NCBI GenBank assembly: GCA_965208835.1
Contig: OZ242358.1
Coordinates: 2,304,001-2,368,000, forward strand
DNA from: Candidatus Latescibacterota bacterium
GTDB lineage: Bacteria; Latescibacterota; UBA2968; GCA-2709665
Reading direction: 5' to 3'
DNA: 64,000 nt
Under the pieces are notes generated by a model, which made no database searches, was not told the DNA's origin, and saw only the letters and a program-made list of their open reading frames with translations. Position numbers and translations under genes: made by a program. Shown in pieces: positions 38,611 through 48,054 of this stretch. Numbering within the stretch: position 1 is the stretch's first letter; each line of letters starts with the position of its first letter.

Positions 38611-39973
38611 CTCCTCCTTCCAATCTGACCTGGTGGACGCGCGTTTCGCCGAAGTCGATGAAGAAATCGGGATCAAGTTCGAGCCCTCCGTCCTTATCGG
38701 CGTTGGCTTTCGTCATCCACCCGTCCATTCCGGACGGATAGAACTGGTCGTCCCAGGCGCTGTAGAGCGAATTGGTAAAGTAGATCCTCCGGCCGTCGCG
38801 GCTGATTTCCACCATCTGCGGGCCACCCGACAACGAGCCGTCACGCTTCGCGTGCGGCTTTTTGTTTACAATACCCCCGATTTCCACCTTGCCGGTCAAT
38901 ACCGGTTCGAACGGATCGGAAACGTCGTACTGATGCAGTTCGCCCAGGCCCCAGCATGAAACGTAGAGAAACCTGTCGTCCAGCGAGAGGTCGATATCGG
39001 TGACCAGGGGCGGTACGGCTTCGAATGCTTTCAACATCGGCGGCAGGTCGGCCGCACTGGCCGGCACGGCCGGAATTGAGATCGCCTTCCGCATTCGCCA
39101 GGCGTCGTTTTCGCGGAACCAGGTCCAGATGGACGCGGACAGGTCTGCCGTGCTCACGACCACGCCTGCGAATCCGTAGGTCTTCCGCGGATCGTGAGCC
39201 GGGCGCAGTTCCAGGAGCATCTGATTCTCGGGGCCGATGTCGACTGTCTGATCGAGCCGGCGCCTTCTGAGGTCCCAGAAGTGGAGCCGGTGGCCGTACC
39301 GGTTCGCGAGCAGGTCCTCGGGCACCACCCCGTTCTCGAATTGCTCCGGCTTTCCCCACTCGCTGCTCATCATGACGTCTTCCGCCAGGTGCCACCAGAA
39401 GTCGTACGCCAGCTCCTGCGATCCGCGATGGATTTCCCACGGACCGATGACGTCGAAGCTGAAGTGGTCGAGCAGGAAGATCCCCCCCGGTCCGTCCGAT
39501 CCATTGGCCGGCCCCAGGGCGCTGACGTAGATCGCGTCGGGACCGCAGTGTACGGTGTGGGGCCTGCTGTAGCCCGACCTGGCCATGAGCTCCTCGGGCT
39601 CTATGATCTTGACGATATGGGGCCTGGTGGGGTCCGGTCTGGTGTCCACGATGTATATGCGTGACGTGCGCAGGGCGGGCAGGATCAGGTAGCGGCGTTC
39701 AAGATGGGGATGGGGAGCATAGGGGCACAGGGCCGAGCTGCAGGCATTCCAGCCGAAGTGGTGAAGTTCGTCCCCGTTATACGGCATCTGAAGGGAATAA
39801 ACGGTTTGACCGTACGTGGGAGATTCTGCATCCAGATCCACCACGCACAGCGCGTCGGGTCGATCGTTCCCGCCGGGATTGAGAGCGGATACGTAACCGT
39901 ATCGTTCAGGCGGAGCCTGCATGGCCATCCTGGGGGATGGGTAGAACGATGGATCGGGTTTCCATAGTGGCAT
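38576..39973 (-). CDS. Selenium-binding protein SBP56 / methanethiol oxidase family
   Basis: DELHHFGWNACSS, PHTVHC, YDFWW, SSEWG, GGPQM, NSLYSAWDDQFYP. Confidence 0.9.
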   Translation of the reverse strand: MPLWKPDPSFYPSPRMAMQAPPERYGYVSALNPGGNDRPDALCVVDLDAESPTYGQTVYSLQMPYNGDELHHFGWNACSSALCPYAPHPHLERRYLILPALRTSRIYIVDTRPDPTRPHIVKIIEPEELMARSGYSRPHTVHCGPDAIYVSALGPANGSDGPGGIFLLDHFSFDVIGPWEIHRGSQELAYDFWWHLAEDVMMSSEWGKPEQFENGVVPEDLLANRYGHRLHFWDLRRRRLDQTVDIGPENQMLLELRPAHDPRKTYGFAGVVVSTADLSASIWTWFRENDAWRMRKAISIPAVPASAADLPPMLKAFEAVPPLVTDIDLSLDDRFLYVSCWGLGELHQYDVSDPFEPVLTGKVEIGGIVNKKPHAKRDGSLSGGPQMVEISRDGRRIYFTNSLYSAWDDQFYPSGMDGWMTKANADKDGGLELDPDFFIDFGETRVHQVRLEGGDASTDSFCYPS

Positions 39974-40098
39974 CGTCGCACGTTCCTTCCAATGGGAGAT
40001 GGAGGAGGTTCGCGGTGGCGAGTACACCGGGGGCGTGCGACAACGCACGGGCTCCGGTGTACCGGGTCATAATCGGACTGCAGTCGGGAGCGGAGATG

Positions 40099-42132
40099 TC
40101 AGAGTTGGCGATAGTCGATGGTACCGGGCTCAGAAACCAAAGCGCACCCTGAAACTTCGAGCACGGAGCCGGCAGCGAGCCGGCCGGAGTCGAATTTGTC
40201 TTCCACGGTTCGGACGTGCGCGAATTCCGCATCCGTCCGAATGCCGCGGCAGGTAAACGTACTTTCAGGCCCCGCGGTCAGGACCATGTCGGCCACGTTG
40301 CCCGATCGAATGCGAACGGCGCAGCCCGCGGCGGTACCGGCGGCGTCGATCTCGGGAGGCGCCATGTCTTTGTGATACGGAACGAACGCGACAACGCAGA
40401 ACAGAGGGCTCCAGAACCAGTCGTAGCGCAATCTGGGATGGTCGTGGAACGTCTCTTCGCGCCACCGGCCCGGCCACGGCGTCGCAATTTGGACGTCGCA
40501 TCGGTTCTCTCGCCGGCATCCGACGATGGATACCCTGTCACGTCCGCACTCAAGCCGATTGCCGGCGGCGGTGTGCAGCAGCCAGGTCAAGATCGGTCGG
40601 TCGTGCATTTCAAAATCCAGGCGGTCGACAACGATCACGGAGGCGGGCGCGCCTCGCGCATCCGGAAGGCAGAGCAGGCGCCGGACGAATCGCTTTGCGC
40701 ATCCGTAGCTGCCGCCCGCTTCGGATTCGACAAAGGGGAAGTTGCCCTGGATATCCGCGCGTACGATGCCGTCCGTTCCCGCCGGGCCCCGTCGCTGCAT
40801 CTCACCCATCACCAGAGGCAGATTGTGGGCTTCTCCCAGCGCGCCAAGACGAAGCACTTCGGTGGTGTCGGGAAGCCGTTCGAGGGCGTAGCCCGAGTCG
40901 CAGGCAAAGCTCTCTCCGAGAGCGTGCAGCGCGAAGTGATTGCGATCGGCCTGCCGGTGCCCGCCGGCCGGGAAGACGTCGCACAGAAATGAAAGGAAGA
41001 AATCTTCGGACCCCCACCCGGAGCGGACGTCCACAAGGCCCCTGTTGCGAAAATGCCGGACCCTGGGTATGTCCCGGCGGTCGGGCGGCACGGGCTCTAC
41101 CGACGGGTCGAAGTAAAGCAGATAACGCGTAACGGTGTCGCTCCAGCCGTCGGCCGGCGGGTGCCAGTATTCGCCTCCGGCCGGGGGCTTATCGATGCTC
41201 TGCCAGAGCCACTGGGCGAGTCCGCTGTTCTGTTGAGAAGCCAGAAGGGCGAGCCATTCGATGTGAAACCCGTCGTTGCAGTCGTTCAGCGGATTCGGCC
41301 GCCCCGTCGCCGGAATGAGTTCGTACGCGAGCCCCTCCGCGATGCGTTCCCATCCGGAATGGTTCGTGAGTTCCCGGTCCCCGCAGGCGGCCAACGCCAG
41401 GGCGAACGGGGCGAGGTAGTGCAATGTGGCGCTGCCATACGCCGGCCCTTCGTAGAATGCGCCGTCGCCGTCGTGACCCTTTTCGAGGAAGAGCAGGCAT
41501 CGCTTCTTCGACAGGTCCAGAGCGGCGTTGAACCGGGACTCGTCCAGCACGCCGTACCCGCGGAGTACGAGTCCGAGCAGGCCCAGACCGATGAGTCCGA
41601 TGGCGGCCATGTTCCAGTCCGGGCGCTTCTCCTCGGGGTCCGGCGGGTCATCGAGCGTATAGTCGATGAAAGGAAGGCAATAGGTGCCGATTTCTACGCG
41701 ATCCGCGTCCGTCAGCTCGTGCCGTAACAGGTCCAGTCCGATGGCCAGAACCATGGAGCTGGCGCCGGCGTCCAGGCAATTGTCCCGCCACGTGCTGTAC
41801 GGGCGCCCGTAGTTCGTGCCGCCGCAGTTCTCCACAATACGGTATTTGACGATCGTCCGGAGAATGTTGCATGCCTCCGACGCGTACTTTCCGTCAAGGA
41901 GAACGCCGCCCACGGCAAGGGTCTCGATCGAATTGGGCAGCAGGCGGCCGCCCGGCCTGGTCAGCCAGAAGTCCGCTTTGCGTTCGTTATAGTCGATGTA
42001 TGCGTTCGAGGCCGGATCGAGATGGTCATCGCAGGCTTTCCTGAGAATTCGTTTTAACGAGGATACGACAGGACTGGCGTCAACCCGCCGGTTCTCCAGA
42101 ATGGGGCGAAATAGCGATTCCGGAATATTCAT
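40099..42132 (-). CDS. Heparinase II/III-like polysaccharide lyase fold protein
   Basis: WN, DGAFYEGPAYG, RSGW, GHRQADRNHF, EAHN. Confidence 0.7.
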   Translation of the reverse strand: MNIPESLFRPILENRRVDASPVVSSLKRILRKACDDHLDPASNAYIDYNERKADFWLTRPGGRLLPNSIETLAVGGVLLDGKYASEACNILRTIVKYRIVENCGGTNYGRPYSTWRDNCLDAGASSMVLAIGLDLLRHELTDADRVEIGTYCLPFIDYTLDDPPDPEEKRPDWNMAAIGLIGLGLLGLVLRGYGVLDESRFNAALDLSKKRCLLFLEKGHDGDGAFYEGPAYGSATLHYLAPFALALAACGDRELTNHSGWERIAEGLAYELIPATGRPNPLNDCNDGFHIEWLALLASQQNSGLAQWLWQSIDKPPAGGEYWHPPADGWSDTVTRYLLYFDPSVEPVPPDRRDIPRVRHFRNRGLVDVRSGWGSEDFFLSFLCDVFPAGGHRQADRNHFALHALGESFACDSGYALERLPDTTEVLRLGALGEAHNLPLVMGEMQRRGPAGTDGIVRADIQGNFPFVESEAGGSYGCAKRFVRRLLCLPDARGAPASVIVVDRLDFEMHDRPILTWLLHTAAGNRLECGRDRVSIVGCRRENRCDVQIATPWPGRWREETFHDHPRLRYDWFWSPLFCVVAFVPYHKDMAPPEIDAAGTAAGCAVRIRSGNVADMVLTAGPESTFTCRGIRTDAEFAHVRTVEDKFDSGRLAAGSVLEVSGCALVSEPGTIDYRQL

Positions 42133-42142
42133 ATCAAACCTT

Positions 42143-42303
42143 CTGGTGAGAAGTTAGACGGGAGAGGGGAGAGATTTCCTGCCTTGTGAGGATTCTTCTC
42201 GTGCAGAGGCAAGGAGGAAAAACATACCGGGCAAGGACTTCTTCTACCGTCTCACCTCTGCCGTCTCCCCGCATTCAGGCTTTTTGTGGCCAATTTAACG
42301 GTT
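42143..42303. repeat. Heptamer-flanked hairpin element copy 2
   Basis: Same CTGGTGAGA start, core and CCCGCATTCAGGCTTTTTG end as 36766. Confidence 0.75.
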
Positions 42304-42359
42304 TTCTTTTTTCGAATTGACGCTATCCCTGATTCGTCGTCGCGCCGGACGAGCCGGGA

Positions 42360-43124
42360 TCAATCCCGGTCCATGCCCGGCGGCATGAAGATCTCCCGAC
42401 GCCGGCCGTCGCTGTATCCGTCCACCTCGCTGAGCACCACGCCGGGGCTGGACAGCGCCGCCCTCACGATCTGGCGGTTGAAGGTATGGACGTAGTCTGA
42501 GGTCAGGTATTCTTCTACGGGCATCCAGAGACATTCTTCGATTTCTTCGGGCTGCGGGATGATTTCGTAAGAGAGCGGCTTGAGGCGGCAGACAAAGTAG
42601 ATATCGGACTTGTCGTGGCGGTATCCGTGCCAGTGGCGGAAACACACCATCGCTTCAAATGACGTCCTTACACCCGTTTCTTCCCGGATTTCCCGTACGG
42701 CGGCCTCGGCCAGGTGTTCGCCGGGATGCAGCGCACCGCCCGGAAGTTTGTAGTAGGGCCTGCTGCTGCCGCGGTGTTTTTCGCAGACAACCAGAATCTC
42801 GTTTTTCTCACTGATGACCACCCCTCCCGCACCAATGTAGTGGGTGGCGAAACCGGGGATGAATGCGTCATCGACCAGCGGCCGGGTCAACAGGAGATAA
42901 GCCTCGCCGCTGTGATGAAAAGAGAAACCCGCCTGAACCGCGACGGGTATGAATTCCGACTTGCTTATGGGAACCTCCAGCCACACCAGCTGGTAGCCTC
43001 CCTTTTTCCAGATCTCCAGGGACATTGAGAGCCGGTGGCTGAACGTCTCCATGTCTGAGGGAAGGCTTTCGGGGCTGATTACAATGCCGTTGAAGGCATT
43101 GGTAGTATGCTCGAGGACGTCCAT
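42360..43124 (-). CDS. Nudix hydrolase, NUDT6-like
   Basis: LPGGALHPGEHLAEAAVREIREETG; N-terminal W..GF.FHH domain; KSDIYFVC. Confidence 0.85.
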   Translation of the reverse strand: MDVLEHTTNAFNGIVISPESLPSDMETFSHRLSMSLEIWKKGGYQLVWLEVPISKSEFIPVAVQAGFSFHHSGEAYLLLTRPLVDDAFIPGFATHYIGAGGVVISEKNEILVVCEKHRGSSRPYYKLPGGALHPGEHLAEAAVREIREETGVRTSFEAMVCFRHWHGYRHDKSDIYFVCRLKPLSYEIIPQPEEIEECLWMPVEEYLTSDYVHTFNRQIVRAALSSPGVVLSEVDGYSDGRRREIFMPPGMDRD

Positions 43125-43342
43125 ATCGGGATCCCCCGGATCCTTGTCGGCGCGGTTGGCGGCGACCTGAATGTAAACAGCCTGCGGCCGGTTCACAAGT
43201 GGTTTTGATACGGAGAGGTTTTGGCTTGACAGGGTGCGGCCAGCGGTTGATATTGACGGTCCTTTTCGGTTGCGGAAAGCGGGATTGTGCAGGCTTTTTT
43301 GCGTTTGTATTGAGTGCCGGATCCGAGTTCAGGAGGTGGTGG

Positions 43343-44542
43343 ATGAGCAGTGTTTATGAACGCCTGGGTATTCGTACCATAATCAATGCGGCCGGGCCGT
43401 CCACACGGTTGAGCGGGTCGATTCTCCCGGCGGAGGTGGCGCGGGCCATGGCGGAAGCCTCTCAACATTGCGTGGATATCGCGGAACTGCAGGCCTGGGC
43501 GGGCCGGGCCATTGCTGACATCACGGGGGCCGAGGCCGGGTACGTCACGTCGGGAGCGGCGGCGGGCATCATGCTGGGCGTGGCGGCGTGCGTTACCGGA
43601 CTGGATCCTGGCAGGATGAACCGTCTGCCGGACACCGGGGGCATGAAGGACGAGGTGATTATCCCGCGGAGCCACCGGAACTTCTACGACCACGCCATCC
43701 GTGCGGTTGGCGTTAAGCTCGTGGAGGTTGGGATTTCCGACCGGTACAGCGGCGCCGGAGTCAGGGATACGGAAGCCTGGGAAATTGCCGATGCGATTAC
43801 CGACCGGACAGCGGCGGTCGCATATGTGATGAATGCGCGGGCGCGCCCGGACCTCGCGGACGTTGTGAAAGCAGCCCACGATCGTGGTGTGCCGGTTGTC
43901 GTGGACGCCGCCGGACAGCTCCCGCCCCAGACGAACCTCCAGCGATTTGTCGAAGCCGGGGCGGACGTGGTCTGTTTCAGCGGAGGAAAGACCATTCGCG
44001 GGCCGCAGAGTTCCGGGATCCTTTGCGGTCGGAAAGAACTGGTCATGGCCGTCGCCCTGCAGCACCTGGACCAGGACGTTTTTTACGATCTCTGGAACCC
44101 GCCGCCCTCGCTGATCGAAAAGGATCGGCTGCCAGGTGCGCCTCAGCATGGGATCGGGAGACCATGCAAGGTTGGCAAGGAGGAGATCGTGGGGCTCATC
44201 ACGGCGCTCAGGCTGTTCGTCGCCGAGGGGGACGAGGAGCGCCATGCCCGATGGTCGGCTGAAATTCGGAGTCTCGCGGATGCACTCGAGACACTGCCGA
44301 ATGTGCGGGTAACCGCGGCGACCGATCCGGGCAGGCCCGTTCCCGGTCTGCGGGTTGAGATCGACGAAGCCGCGGCAGGAATCTCAGGGCTGGAACTGGC
44401 ACGGCGACTCATCGAGGGCGAGCCCGGCATTCACTGCAATACGGCTGATGTGTACGAGGGCGCATTGGGGTTCGGTCCCATGTGCCTGAGGGAAGGGGAC
44501 GTGGAGGCGATCGGAAGGAGAATGGGTGAATTGCTGGCCTGA
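43343..44542 (+). CDS. SelA/DgaE-like PLP-dependent enzyme
   Basis: IINAAG, VTSGAAAG, VDAA, FSGGK, GPQSSG, GIGRPCKVGKEEI. Confidence 0.82.
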   Translation: MSSVYERLGIRTIINAAGPSTRLSGSILPAEVARAMAEASQHCVDIAELQAWAGRAIADITGAEAGYVTSGAAAGIMLGVAACVTGLDPGRMNRLPDTGGMKDEVIIPRSHRNFYDHAIRAVGVKLVEVGISDRYSGAGVRDTEAWEIADAITDRTAAVAYVMNARARPDLADVVKAAHDRGVPVVVDAAGQLPPQTNLQRFVEAGADVVCFSGGKTIRGPQSSGILCGRKELVMAVALQHLDQDVFYDLWNPPPSLIEKDRLPGAPQHGIGRPCKVGKEEIVGLITALRLFVAEGDEERHARWSAEIRSLADALETLPNVRVTAATDPGRPVPGLRVEIDEAAAGISGLELARRLIEGEPGIHCNTADVYEGALGFGPMCLREGDVEAIGRRMGELLA

Positions 44543-44646
44543 GAGACGAGAGGACAGGCCGGCACTAAGACAGCTTCTAAGGTCAACGTTTCTGAACTCG
44601 TAGCGAAGGCGTTGGCCGGACCGGTACGGTATCGGGAGATTCAATT

Positions 44647-45993
44647 ATGAACGTGGATTGGGATGCGGCGGGACGGGAAGCGGTGGACTGGCATTGCAGG
44701 CTGCTTCGTTTCGACACCACGAATCCCCCCGGTAACGAACTGCCCCTCGTCAGGGACATTGCCGGGGCGCTGACCGGTGAGGGTCTCTCTCCCGGCGTCC
44801 TGGAATCCGCGCCCGGGCGCGGGAACCTGGTGGTGCGTCTCAAGGGTGACGGATCCGAACGTCCGCTGCTGCTGCTGTCGCATATCGACGTGGTTCCGGC
44901 GGAGCCCGCGAAATGGACGCGCGACCCGTTCGGCGGCGAGGTGGACTCGGGATATGTGTGGGGACGCGGGGCGATCGATTCCAAGCTGACGACGGCCGTC
45001 GGGCTGCAGGTACTGTTGTTGTGCAAGCGCCTGAATCTGCCGCTGACGCGCGACCTGGTCCTGGTGGCGGCCGCGGACGAGGAGCTTGGGGGCGTGCAGG
45101 GGGTGCGGTGGCTTGCGGCCAATCACCCGGAGGTGTTCGACGCGGAATACGGCATCAACGAGGGCGGCGGCTTTGCGTTACTGATCGACGGGCGTCCGGT
45201 ATACACGTGTCAGGTGGCCGAAAAGGGGAGTGCCGAGTTGAACCTGGTCGCGCGCGGACAACCCGGGCACAGTTCCGTTCCCCACAGCGACAACGCGGTT
45301 TTTCATCTGGGAGGGGCGCTGGAGCGATTGAGCGGCGTGAAGATGCCTAACCGGATTACGTCCGGTGTGAGGGCGTTCTTCGAAGGCGCCGCGGCAGCGC
45401 AGGTGAGAGACGAGGTGGCGGAACAGTTGCTCGGAGTACTGGATCCGGATCGCTGTGAAGCCTCGCTGCAGGCCTTGCCGGTTGACGAGCCGACCCGGAA
45501 AATGTTCGACGCGATGGTGCGCAATACGTGCGCGCCGACCATGCTCGAGGCCGGCGTCAAACGCAACGTGATCCCTTCCGAAGCCGTGGCGCGGCTGAGC
45601 GGCAGACCCTTACCCGGGGTGGACGAAGAGGGGTTTGTCCGGGAAGTTCGTGACATGGCCGGCGACGGCGTCGCTCTCGAAATGGAAAAGGACTTCAGGC
45701 CGGGCACGGAGTTCGACCATCGGACGCCGCTGTTCGACGTGGTCCAGGCGTCGATTTCCAAATGGGATCCGAATGGGGTCGTCGTCCCGTACATGCAGAC
45801 GGGCGGCACGGATGCGCGGTTTCTGCGGGACCGCGATATCCACATCTATGGATTTCTGCCCATGCGGTACGAGGAGGGCGAGGCGTATTTCGACTTGTGC
45901 CATGGGCACGACGAACGGGTGTCCGTCGCGAACGTAAGATTCGGAGTGCAGGTTCTGTTCGACGTCGTGTGCCGGCTGAACGGTATCGGGTAG
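44647..45993 (+). CDS. M20/M25/M40 metallopeptidase
   Basis: SHIDVVP, GRGAIDSK, ADEE, NEGGG, GGTD, HGHDER. Confidence 0.9.
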   Translation: MNVDWDAAGREAVDWHCRLLRFDTTNPPGNELPLVRDIAGALTGEGLSPGVLESAPGRGNLVVRLKGDGSERPLLLLSHIDVVPAEPAKWTRDPFGGEVDSGYVWGRGAIDSKLTTAVGLQVLLLCKRLNLPLTRDLVLVAAADEELGGVQGVRWLAANHPEVFDAEYGINEGGGFALLIDGRPVYTCQVAEKGSAELNLVARGQPGHSSVPHSDNAVFHLGGALERLSGVKMPNRITSGVRAFFEGAAAAQVRDEVAEQLLGVLDPDRCEASLQALPVDEPTRKMFDAMVRNTCAPTMLEAGVKRNVIPSEAVARLSGRPLPGVDEEGFVREVRDMAGDGVALEMEKDFRPGTEFDHRTPLFDVVQASISKWDPNGVVVPYMQTGGTDARFLRDRDIHIYGFLPMRYEEGEAYFDLCHGHDERVSVANVRFGVQVLFDVVCRLNGIG

Positions 45994-46021
45994 ATGCCGG
46001 ATTGGCTCCTTCAACGGCCAA

Positions 46022-46918
46022 TTAGCGTTCCAGTACGTGTCGAAGCGCGCCTTCGAGTTCGGGGTGTTGAAAGTCAAATCCGGATTCCTGCAGGCGGTTG
46101 GGCGTGACGCGGGTGCTGGACAGCAGCAGGGCATCCGCCATTTTGCCGAATGCCAGCCTGGCGGCGAATGCCGGCATGGGGAAGAGCGTCGGACGAGACA
46201 GAATACCCCCCAGTGTCTTGGTGAATTCCCGGTTGGTCACCGGCGCCGGCGACACGGCGTTGACGGGGCCCTCGAGCGTTTCCGTGTTGAGCGCGTGGAC
46301 GATGACTCGTGTCAGATCGTCCAGAGAGACCCAGCTCATATACTGATCGCCGCCGCCGATCACGCCACCAACGCCCATCTTGAACGGGAACAGCATTTTG
46401 GCCAGCGCGCCGCCGTCCGCGCTGAGTACGATTCCGACTCGCAGGTTTACGGTGCGGACGCCGGCGTCAGTTGCGGGCCGCGCGGCATTCTCCCACGCAA
46501 TGCACGTCTCCGCAAGGAAGTCGGCGCCAGGCGGGCTTTCCTCGTTGAGGACTTCGTCGCCCCGGTTACTGTAATATCCGATCGCCGACGCTGAAACCAG
46601 AACGCCGGGGGGCGTCTGCAGCCCGGCAAGGCCCTGCGCCAGAAGCCGGGTGCCGTCTTCGCGGCTGCTGCGGATTCTGCCTTTCTTTGCTTCGTTCCAC
46701 CTGCCGGAAGCGATGTTCTCGCCTGCCAGATGCACCACGGCCTGGATTCCTTCGAGGGCGGCAGGCGCAAGTTCTCCCGTTTCCGGGTCCCACCGGCGCT
46801 CCATGTCGTCTCTCGGGCTCGTGCGAACCAGCCGCAGTACGCGGTGGCCGCAGGCTTCGAGATGCGGAACGAGAGAAGATCCGACGAGCCCTGTCGAACC
46901 CGTCACGAGTACGGTCAT
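46022..46918 (-). CDS. TIGR01777 family NAD-dependent epimerase (YfcH-like)
   Basis: VTGSTGLVG, HLAGENI, SASAIGYY, GDQYMSW. Confidence 0.9.
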   Translation of the reverse strand: MTVLVTGSTGLVGSSLVPHLEACGHRVLRLVRTSPRDDMERRWDPETGELAPAALEGIQAVVHLAGENIASGRWNEAKKGRIRSSREDGTRLLAQGLAGLQTPPGVLVSASAIGYYSNRGDEVLNEESPPGADFLAETCIAWENAARPATDAGVRTVNLRVGIVLSADGGALAKMLFPFKMGVGGVIGGGDQYMSWVSLDDLTRVIVHALNTETLEGPVNAVSPAPVTNREFTKTLGGILSRPTLFPMPAFAARLAFGKMADALLLSSTRVTPNRLQESGFDFQHPELEGALRHVLER

Positions 46919-46939
46919 GGGGTGCCTCCTTGTTTGTTG

Positions 46940-47152
46940 AAAGCTGTTTTAAAATTACCGGTGAGTTCCCGAGCGCGAGCGAAAAAGTGGCGGTTATGAG
47001 GCGCGAGGGGCGCGCAGCGCCGACGGGAGAATCCGCGCATATCCAATGTATCGTGGCTGCGCGCCCCTCGCCACTCTTGGGCGGGTTTGACCAACGCTGA
47101 CCGGCGCTTTTACAGCCGCGCGAAGACCGCTGGGAATTTTAAAACAGCTTCT
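46940..47152 (+). mobile_element. MITE-like element copy C
   Basis: AAAGCTGTTTTAAAA ... TTTTAAAACAGCTTCT. Confidence 0.8.
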
Positions 47153-47565
47153 TAGAGTTGGTAGAGCATCACGTAGATGATCACGCCGCTGACGCACACG
47201 AACATCCAGACCGGCCACACCCAGCGGGCGAGGCGTCTGTGTGGCTGGTATCGCCCCCGCAGGGCAAGCCATACAACCGCGAGGACGAACGGCGCGTTCA
47301 GTGCAGCCAGTACGATGTGCGGGACCAGGATGGCAAAATAGACGCCGCGGGTCCAGTCGTGGTGAGGATAGGGTACGGACCCGACCTTGAAGTGATAGAA
47401 CAGATATGAAGACAGAAACAGGGCCGAAAAGACGAGGGCGAGGAGCATCATTTGCCTGTGTTGTCGGATGTTGCCGCGCCGGATCTGCAAATAGCCGATC
47501 AGGAGAAAGACGGCGCCAATCGTGTTGAATATCGCATTGAGTGCTGGCAGGTCGTTTACGGCCAT
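47152..47565 (-). CDS. DUF420 membrane protein
   Basis: LPALNAIFN, HRQMM, FLSSYL.YH, HIVLA, HRRLARW..PVW. Confidence 0.88.
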   Translation of the reverse strand: MAVNDLPALNAIFNTIGAVFLLIGYLQIRRGNIRQHRQMMLLALVFSALFLSSYLFYHFKVGSVPYPHHDWTRGVYFAILVPHIVLAALNAPFVLAVVWLALRGRYQPHRRLARWVWPVWMFVCVSGVIIYVMLYQL

Positions 47566-47802
47566 CCGTACCTCGTAAGGGATTCAAAATCAAGTGTACT
47601 CATTTTTTTGTTTGTTGGCAACCGAATGAGATTGCCGCGGTCTGGAAATCGAAGCTGCGGCGGGGTGCGCGTACGGCAGAGACCGTACCCAGGCGACCCG
47701 CTTCCCGTGGATGGGCGGAACCGGTTGACACTGTATTGGATTTCCGCTTTTTTCGTCTTCTTGGGAAGTCTATAAGCCATTTTAAAACAGGAGGATAATG
47801 GC

Positions 47803-48006
47803 ATGTCGTCAACGGGCGGCCAGTGGATGACTCCGGGAGAGATCGAGCAGGCTCTCGGGCGCAGAAAGTCCAGGGAGGTATTCGAAGACCTGATATACGA
47901 TCGGCGCACCCGGCGAGAGATTCTGGATCTGCTGATAGAGGCCACAGCCTGTAATGAGTTTTCGGCGGAAGACTTCCTCAGGGAAATCGTAAAAACCAGA
48001 GAGTAA
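47803..48006 (+). CDS. Small hypothetical protein (67 aa)
   Basis: AGGAGG RBS, charged helical composition, directly upstream of nadB. Confidence 0.6.
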   Translation: MSSTGGQWMTPGEIEQALGRRKSREVFEDLIYDRRTRREILDLLIEATACNEFSAEDFLREIVKTRE

Positions 48007-48054
48007 ATCGTGCCGCCGCCGCGGCGCCGGCGAATTCGAAAGGGAAGGCAGATC

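Noticed and set aside
38576-44542. Selenocysteine system suggested by SBP56 and SelA-like genes
   Set aside because: No selB, selC, selD or in-frame TGA; the SelA-like protein matches the DgaE-type subfamily
47780-47790. TTTTAAAACAG as a fifth MITE end
   Set aside because: Only 11 bp, no partner end or internal sequence; runs into an RBS
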